Shown here: piece by piece, positions 37,330 through 43,030 of the stretch
Layout of the letters: each line of letters starts with the position of its first letter
Numbering within the stretch: position 1 is the first letter of the stretch
Assembly: GCA_041694885.1 (NCBI GenBank)
Contig: JBGFRX010000007.1
Location: 1 to 43,030 of the forward strand
Source: Candidatus Micrarchaeota archaeon
GTDB taxonomy: Archaea > Micrarchaeota > Micrarchaeia > Anstonellales > Bilamarchaeaceae
Length of the DNA stretch: 43,030 nt
Reading direction: 5' to 3'
Position numbers and translations under genes: made by a program
Notes under the pieces: generated by a model
Told to the model about the DNA's origin: nothing
Database searches by the model: none
The model's input: only the letters and a program-made list of their open reading frames with translations

Positions 37330-37965
37330 TCACTTGAGTATTTTTCCAGTTTCCACGTACCACAGATAAAAATCCAGCTCGCCCTCCTTCATCCGCAGCT
37401 TCGAGCACAGCGTTTTTAGTTTCTTTTCAATCTCAACATACGCTTTTTTATTTAGCGTTTTCGGCAGATCTCCAATGATTCCGTGTTCGTGCATCAATCT
37501 GAGTACGTGCCTGTCCAAAATAGCAACGTCCAAAAATCCAAGATTCCTCAAAAGGTGGCTCGCTTCCTTGTATCCCAGTCCTTTAATGTTTTCAACCAGC
37601 CATTCGCGTTTTGAGCCCTGCGTTCCGGGTCCTGCAAGCGTTTTCCCAAGTCCGCCGTATTTTTTTCTCGCTTCGATAATGTATTTCGCCCGCACGTTGT
37701 AGAACCTGTAGCCGTGATTTTTCAGAAAGTCGCGAAGCCGTTTTTCGTTGAAAGTCAAAAATCCCTGCCCTATTTTTTCCTGTATTTCGATTCCTTTCGC
37801 AGCCCGCTCGTTCGCGGTGAGAAGGCAAAAACACAGTTCGGAGAATACTTTTTCCTCGGAGGAGAAATTGCGCTTCAGTTCCTCCAACCGCAAGCCCACC
37901 TCCTTTTTTATTTCCCCTTTCCGCAGTTCAGAAACCGCGCGGATAAGATGCTGCATGCTACTCAC
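37330..37965 (-). CDS. ogg: 8-oxoguanine N-glycosylase/DNA lyase (Ogg2 type)
   Basis: ELCFCLLTAN, KGLGYKEASHLLRN.G...AILDRH and D.YLWY..TGKILK motifs. Confidence 0.92.
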   Translation of the reverse strand: MSSMQHLIRAVSELRKGEIKKEVGLRLEELKRNFSSEEKVFSELCFCLLTANERAAKGIEIQEKIGQGFLTFNEKRLRDFLKNHGYRFYNVRAKYIIEARKKYGGLGKTLAGPGTQGSKREWLVENIKGLGYKEASHLLRNLGFLDVAILDRHVLRLMHEHGIIGDLPKTLNKKAYVEIEKKLKTLCSKLRMKEGELDFYLWYVETGKILK

Positions 37966-37980
37966 GTATTCGTCTGTTGC

Positions 37981-39726
37981 CTACTCCTTACGGTAGTAAT
38001 AGTCCCTGCTTTCCTTCTGCTCCCTGTCGAGCACGCTTTCCGGTTTGTTTATGCGAGGTCTGTTGCTGTCCCTATCCCTTCTCATGGTGATTCCAACCAA
38101 TTTCAGGAACGCGTTCATTCCATCGCGCTTGCTCATGGGTGCAGACGCATGGCCGCTCGCGCTCTGCTCCCCATCGAAGACAACGAGCCGCGAGGAGACC
38201 GCATCAATGAAAACCACGTCGTGGTCCACAACGAATGCGCTTTTCTCCGAATCGGAAAACACAGAGCGCAAAAGCTCTCCTAAATTGAGCCGCTGCTCTA
38301 TGTCCAGGAATGCCGTTGCCTCGTCCAGAAGGTAAAGGTCCGCTTCAGTGCTGAGCGCAAGGGTTATCGCGACCCTTTGCAGCTCTCCTCCGGAAAGCTC
38401 GGAGAGCTGCCTCTGCCCGAGCCGGTTCACGTCCAGGCGCCTTTTGCACTCCTCAAGCACCGAAGGATTCAGGTGTTTACTGCCCAGGAGCTGCTCCACG
38501 CTCACTCCTTCCTCAGCCCTTATGTACTGAGGTTTGTAGGACACACGGAATTTCCCGGTTTCGCCTTCGTCTGGCTTCTCGGCTCCTGCGAGCATCTTCA
38601 CGAAAGTGGATTTGCCGAGCGCGTTCCTTCCCACTATTCCGATTATTTCGCCTTCCCTTATTTCCCCCATGTCGCAGGAAAGCCCGAAGCCCTTGTAATG
38701 CTTTTTCATTGCAGGATAGGACAATTTAGGCGGCCTCTTGCGCTCGCTTTCGCTGAACCTGCTGAACGTTATCTCCTTTTCCCTGAACTTTATGTTCTCG
38801 TCTCTGAGGAAGCCGGAGAGATATTCGTTTATCCCGCTCCTCACGTTTTTCACGCCGGAAACCACTCCGTAAACATTTTCGTCCCCCCAGAATATGTATG
38901 CGTAATCGCTCGCGTAATCCAGAATCGCGAGATCGTGTTCCGCAATCATTATCCTCTTTCCTTCTCCGAATTTCTTAAGCAGCACAGCGACCCTGAGGCG
39001 TTCCGCGATATCCAGGTAATTGGTCGGCTCGTCGAAGAAATAGATGTCCGCATTTTTCATGTATACAACCGCGATCGCGAGTTTCTGCATTTCGCCGCCC
39101 GAGAGCTGCGAAAGCTTCCGCTCTAATATTTTTTCGAGCCCGAACTTCCCTATGACCTCGTCCATGCGCCCTTCGTCGAATTTTTTCAGGAGTGCTTTCG
39201 CAGTTCCCGAGTACACCTCTCTTATATACTCTATGTTCTGCGGCTTGTAGCTTGCCTTCGCGATTTTTCCCATTGCTTCCCAGTATCTCCTTTGCTCCAT
39301 CGTGAATTTTTCCATCAATTCGCTCTCGCCAAGCGTTCTCGCGCTCTCCCCGAAATTGGGCCGCAATTGTTTGGTGAGCAGCCGAAGCGCCGTGGTCTTA
39401 CCTATACCGTTCTTTCCAACGAGCCCCGCAACCCCTTCCTTCGGAAGAGGGAGCCCGTGGAGCCGGAACGTATTCACGCCGTACTGGAAGACCGGCTTCC
39501 CTATTTCCTCTTTGAGGTTGATTATGCTTATACACTGCACGGGGCACTTCTTCACGCATATCCCGCAGCCAATGCAGAGCTGCTCATTTATCACGGGGAA
39601 CCTGCTCGCTTTCTCGGTAACTACGCATTCCTTGTTCATCCTGTTGACAGGACACACCTTCTCGCACACGTAGCCGCATCTCTCATGTATGCACAAATCT
39701 CTCTCAAGGACCGCTATTCTGGACAT
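37981..39726 (-). CDS. rli: Ribosome recycling ATPase ABCE1/RLI
   Basis: N-terminal Fe-S Cys motifs (C...C...C...CP; CIGCGICVKKCP), two ABC domains, and RRD....RPRINK..S..D.EQK. Confidence 0.95.
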   Translation of the reverse strand: MSRIAVLERDLCIHERCGYVCEKVCPVNRMNKECVVTEKASRFPVINEQLCIGCGICVKKCPVQCISIINLKEEIGKPVFQYGVNTFRLHGLPLPKEGVAGLVGKNGIGKTTALRLLTKQLRPNFGESARTLGESELMEKFTMEQRRYWEAMGKIAKASYKPQNIEYIREVYSGTAKALLKKFDEGRMDEVIGKFGLEKILERKLSQLSGGEMQKLAIAVVYMKNADIYFFDEPTNYLDIAERLRVAVLLKKFGEGKRIMIAEHDLAILDYASDYAYIFWGDENVYGVVSGVKNVRSGINEYLSGFLRDENIKFREKEITFSRFSESERKRPPKLSYPAMKKHYKGFGLSCDMGEIREGEIIGIVGRNALGKSTFVKMLAGAEKPDEGETGKFRVSYKPQYIRAEEGVSVEQLLGSKHLNPSVLEECKRRLDVNRLGQRQLSELSGGELQRVAITLALSTEADLYLLDEATAFLDIEQRLNLGELLRSVFSDSEKSAFVVDHDVVFIDAVSSRLVVFDGEQSASGHASAPMSKRDGMNAFLKLVGITMRRDRDSNRPRINKPESVLDREQKESRDYYYRKE

Positions 39727-39801
39727 TTCACTTCACCTATTCTGGATTAAGGATTAAGTTATATATAGAGAGCGAATCCCGAGAATAAATAGATTCCGCG
39801 C

Positions 39802-40290
39802 TTATTTTTTTGTCCTCATTTTTATGCTGTTCAGATTAATATCGTTTAGTCCGGAGTGCTCTTCGGCCATTTTCCGGATGTCCCTGTGCGTTATGCCCGA
39901 ACCCGTATCTTTTCCGAATTTCTCCGGCGTCTCCATGATTTCGCCCCTGTTTTTGCCCATAAGCTCGAGCGCCTTGGCAGCTATGGCCCGCACTTCCCCA
40001 TAATCCGACTTTTCCGCTTCTTTGAGTGCCCTGCTGACTTCAAGCATGTTGCTTTTTTTTTCGGACAGCCAGAAAAATATATCCGCCATCTCCTCCCGGA
40101 ATTTGTTCCCCCGCTTCAGAAAAAAATCGTTTTCCGGATTCTCGAGCACTTTGAATATTTCCTTCATTACGTTTGGCCCTCTGCCGAGAATCTCACTTAT
40201 GGCATTCTTCTTTTTTGCACTGTTAGTTCCGGAGAATGCTTCAATGACAAGTAGTAATTCCCGCGTATCGCCTGTTGGTTTTTCCTCCAT
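39802..40290 (-). CDS. Hypothetical protein with a HEAT-like helix
   Basis: 162 aa; EVRAIAAKALE; GGAGG SD upstream. Confidence 0.6.
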   Translation of the reverse strand: MEEKPTGDTRELLLVIEAFSGTNSAKKKNAISEILGRGPNVMKEIFKVLENPENDFFLKRGNKFREEMADIFFWLSEKKSNMLEVSRALKEAEKSDYGEVRAIAAKALELMGKNRGEIMETPEKFGKDTGSGITHRDIRKMAEEHSGLNDINLNSIKMRTKK

Positions 40291-40430
40291 ATTCCTCCCT
40301 TTAAATAAATCAGTATATCTCTTTTATTAACACAAGGGTTTATAATGGTGCCGCGCATTTGCTTCCCATCTCATTCAATCGGGCGCATTGCGGGCGAAAC
40401 CTTAAAATGAGTTGCGAGCGGGAAATCAAG

Positions 40431-41321
40431 ATGGAAACCGCAGTAAAGCTGGATGTTGAAACCCTATTAGATTGTGGCGTGGTAATAATTGACAAGCCGC
40501 CCGGCCTGTCGAGCCACGAGATTACCTCGCTGGTGAAGAAAATCTTAGGTGCGAAAAGGGCAGGGCACGCAGGCACGCTGGACCCGAGCGTGAGCGGAGT
40601 ACTTCCCGTTGCTTTGGGGAGGGCGACCAAGCTGCTCGACTACATCGTCGCGAAGGAAAAAACGTATGCTGGAATAATAAAATTCAAATACGGGCAGCCG
40701 AAGGAAAAAATTTTAGAACTCTTCAAAAAATTCGAGGGCGAAATAGTGCAGACGCCGCCCAAAATGAGTGCGGTGCGAAAAATTCCCCGCAAGCGCGTAA
40801 TCCATTACATCAGATTTCTGGAGCAGGACGGAAAATTCATTTTATTCGAAACCAAAACCCAGGCAGGGACTTACGTGCGTACGCTCTGCGAGGATATCGG
40901 AAAATTGACAGGAGGCGCGCGGATGGAGGAGCTACGCCGCGTCGCAGTAGGGGACATAGGCGAAGACAAAGGGGTGAAAATGCAGGAGCTTGCTGATGCG
41001 GTCTGGCTCTGGAAAGAAAAAAAGGACGAAAGTGCACTGCGTAAAATAATCCGCCCTGTGGAGGACTATCTGCAGAATTACCCCAGGATATTCGTGAAAA
41101 ATTCCGCAGCTGGCTCTTTGCCCAGGGGCGCGCAGCTCACTGCTCCAGGTATAGCCCGGTGCGATGTATTTGAAAAAGGCGCGAAAGTCGCGATTTACTC
41201 GGAAAAAGACGAATTCGTGGGAATGGGCATTGCGCTCATTTCCTCGGATGTACTGAAGACGATGGAAAAAGGGGTTGCGGTGAAGACCGAACGGATTCAC
41301 ATGAAGCGCGGTGCAGCATGA
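40431..41321 (+). CDS. cbf5: RNA-guided pseudouridine synthase Cbf5
   Basis: IDKPPGLSSHE, AGHAGTLDP, QTPP..SAV, AGTYVRTLC, MEELRR and a PUA domain. Confidence 0.93.
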   Translation: METAVKLDVETLLDCGVVIIDKPPGLSSHEITSLVKKILGAKRAGHAGTLDPSVSGVLPVALGRATKLLDYIVAKEKTYAGIIKFKYGQPKEKILELFKKFEGEIVQTPPKMSAVRKIPRKRVIHYIRFLEQDGKFILFETKTQAGTYVRTLCEDIGKLTGGARMEELRRVAVGDIGEDKGVKMQELADAVWLWKEKKDESALRKIIRPVEDYLQNYPRIFVKNSAAGSLPRGAQLTAPGIARCDVFEKGAKVAIYSEKDEFVGMGIALISSDVLKTMEKGVAVKTERIHMKRGAA

Positions 41322-41327
41322 AAATTG

Positions 41328-41378
41328 TTGTCCAAAATTCTGGACGATTTTACCTATTTTTGTCCATTTTTCTGGACG
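41328..41378. repeat. 51-bp direct repeat, copy 1 (two GTCCA-N6-TGGAC palindromes 32 bp apart)
   Basis: 49/51 identical to 42668-42718. Confidence 0.92.
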
Positions 41379-41379
41379 T

Positions 41380-42636
41380 TTATATAAGGACTGCGAGATA
41401 GAGCGGGATTTCCGCTATTCCGTTTCTGTAATCCACCTGGTTGTCGTCCAAGAGAAGGAATCCGCTCCTGAGCTGCATGCGGCTTTTGGATGGCCCTCCT
41501 ATTTCTATGAAATTCCTGTTTTTACCCGAATACACCGCGTAATCCGGGAAGTGTTTTGCTCCTGCTAAGTACTCGACCATGAAGCCGCCATACCTGAGCG
41601 CGCTCACCGCTGCATCTTCACGCAACGTTCCGGCGTCGATTTCGCCGACCAGCCGGCTGCCTAGCCCGTTCCTCAGCGCAGGGGATGAAAAAAGGTATTT
41701 GGGTTCCTTTCTGAGTTTTGCTGCGCTTTTCTTGTCCGAAAGTACAGGAATGAGGAGCGAAGATACTGCGAATGCGTTCAGGATGTTCGATGCCGTAGTT
41801 TTGGAGCAGCCGGCGCTTTCCGAGAATTTGGAAAGCGAAACCGCATCCGGCTTCGAGAGCGCAAGCGTGTTTATTATGCTTCTTGCCTTTGTAGTGGCGT
41901 CCAAGTTGAATCCGGCTATGTCCGGAAAGTCATCTACTATCGTTTTCGTTACGACGTCGTCCGCGCTCTCCTCTATCGGAATCTCCAGCGCAAGCGGAAA
42001 CCCGGTACGCATATAATCCCTGAACTGCTTCGCGAGGTCCGGAAGCCGGAGCAGCATCTCCTTCGCTTTTACGTACGCATCTGCGGGCTTTGAAGCAAAC
42101 AGAGTCGCAGCGGAAACATTTGTTTCCATTCCGTGCTTCAGCCGCAGGTATTCCCCGAAGGAGAGAGGCGCTATCTCCCTGAATGTTGCCCTCCTTATGA
42201 TTTCGTTCCTGTCTCCCATGATTTTTATCGCGGAAGAGCCAGTTGCGATTATCTTCATGCCGAACGTGTCGTACAGGACTTTGAGCGATTTTCCCCAGTT
42301 CTTTATGTCGGAAAGTTCGTCCACAAGCAGGAGCCGCGAGGAATTGTATCTCGCGTACTCCTTTACCACGTCCACGAGGTCAAGGTTGTAATACGCGAGC
42401 GCGGTTCCATCCACGAACATCGCGTCATGCCCGGCAAGCGCATGATTAAGCGCGATGCTCTTTCCTATCCCCCTTAGGCCGTAGAATATGAATATGCGCC
42501 TATTTACACCCTTTCTGAATGCTGCCATTTCCTTTTTTATCTCGCCTGCGATGTTCCGTTGCCTGTATTTCGCTGCGGACTCCGCGCGCTCGGCCTTTTT
42601 CGTTTCCATCAGCTTTACGAATTCGTAGCTATCCAT
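41380..42636 (-). CDS. AAA_14/DUF4143-type ATPase with an HTH and a C-terminal PD-(D/E)xK-like domain
   Basis: YGLRGIGKS, LLVDE, ATGSS, PLSF.EY, GFP, HTH (SLSKFSESAGCSKTTASNIL), K.L..P.LR and PDY...IEIGG. Start set at MDSYEF. Confidence 0.85.
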   Translation of the reverse strand: MDSYEFVKLMETKKAERAESAAKYRQRNIAGEIKKEMAAFRKGVNRRIFIFYGLRGIGKSIALNHALAGHDAMFVDGTALAYYNLDLVDVVKEYARYNSSRLLLVDELSDIKNWGKSLKVLYDTFGMKIIATGSSAIKIMGDRNEIIRRATFREIAPLSFGEYLRLKHGMETNVSAATLFASKPADAYVKAKEMLLRLPDLAKQFRDYMRTGFPLALEIPIEESADDVVTKTIVDDFPDIAGFNLDATTKARSIINTLALSKPDAVSLSKFSESAGCSKTTASNILNAFAVSSLLIPVLSDKKSAAKLRKEPKYLFSSPALRNGLGSRLVGEIDAGTLREDAAVSALRYGGFMVEYLAGAKHFPDYAVYSGKNRNFIEIGGPSKSRMQLRSGFLLLDDNQVDYRNGIAEIPLYLAVLI

Positions 42637-42667
42637 GCAGCGATTTCGCAGCGCACATTTATAAATA

Positions 42668-42718
42668 TTGTCCAAAATTCTGGACGATTTTACCTGTTTT
42701 TGTCCATTTTTTTGGACG
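42668..42718. repeat. 51-bp direct repeat, copy 2
   Basis: 49/51 identical to 41328-41378; immediately upstream of the ATPase TATA (tttataaa, 42658-42665). Confidence 0.92.
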
Positions 42719-42782
42719 ATTGCCCTATTGGCATGCGGAAAGAGGATTTTAAAAAAGTGTTGAACAGATAATTTTCCAATGT

Positions 42783-43020
42783 GCAGAGATTGGGCTGGTC
42801 GACATTTCGACCAGTGCTCTCAGCATTCGCTTCGCTCATGCAGAGACCTGTTTCGTCGGCGTTCCGACGAAAAGTTCTCCGCGCTCATCACATTCGCGCA
42901 GAGATTGGACTGGTCGACATTTCGACCAGTGCTCTCAGCATTCGCTTCGCTCATGCAGAGACCTGTTTCGTCGGCGTTCCGACGAAAAGTTCTCCGCGCT
43001 CATCACATTCGCGCAGAGAT
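42783..43020 (+). repeat. 115-bp tandem repeat (2 copies plus terminal GCAGAGAT), rich in hairpins
   Basis: Units start at 42783, 42898 and 43013 with one mismatch between full copies. Hairpins ctggtcga/tcgaccag and tttcgtcgg/ccgacgaaa. Confidence 0.92.
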
Positions 43021-43030
43021 GGCGGAACCT
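43013..43030 (+). tRNA. Probable 5' end of a tRNA (Leu/Ser-like), truncated by the window
   Basis: GCAGAGA-TG-GCG-GAACCT resembles acceptor strand, U8 and D-arm start. Only 18 nt are visible. Confidence 0.4.

Noticed and set aside
42783..43020. CRISPR array
   Set aside because: Units are identical along their whole length with no unique spacers, and there are no cas genes in the window.

Overview
A 43 kb window of an archaeal chromosome. Gene content (Alba, archaeal-type AspRS and TyrRS, Cbf5, NMD3, ABCE1, OGG, BHB-intron tRNAs) and compact organisation suggest a DPANN lineage, plausibly Micrarchaeota; this is an inference. Housekeeping genes alternate with small accessory modules: an AbiE-like pair, a frameshifted MNT-HEPN pair, a Fic protein, two solitary AAA+ ATPase-HTH genes, IS66 and TnpB remnants, and several pseudogenes. 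There are three complete tRNAs (Thr-GGT with a 113-nt intron, His-GTG with a 43-nt intron, Arg-CCG) and a probable fourth cut by the window end. No CRISPR array was seen. The most notable unexplained structure: (1) both ATPase-HTH genes are bracketed at start and stop by their own gene-specific motif (a 51-bp direct repeat of paired GTCCA-N6-TGGAC palindromes; an 18-bp inverted repeat), and one lies in a 1.4-kb tRNA-Arg islet with an 11-bp att-like duplication; (2) a ~350-nt highly structured orphan RNA candidate; (3) an mTERF-like 32-aa repeat protein; (4) dispersed 7-bp-period arrays inside ORFs and a tRNA intron; (5) a 115-bp hairpin tandem repeat at a probable tRNA 5' end; (6) a TnpB mini-element that keeps the omegaRNA end. 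All family assignments come from motif recognition by eye, not database searches.
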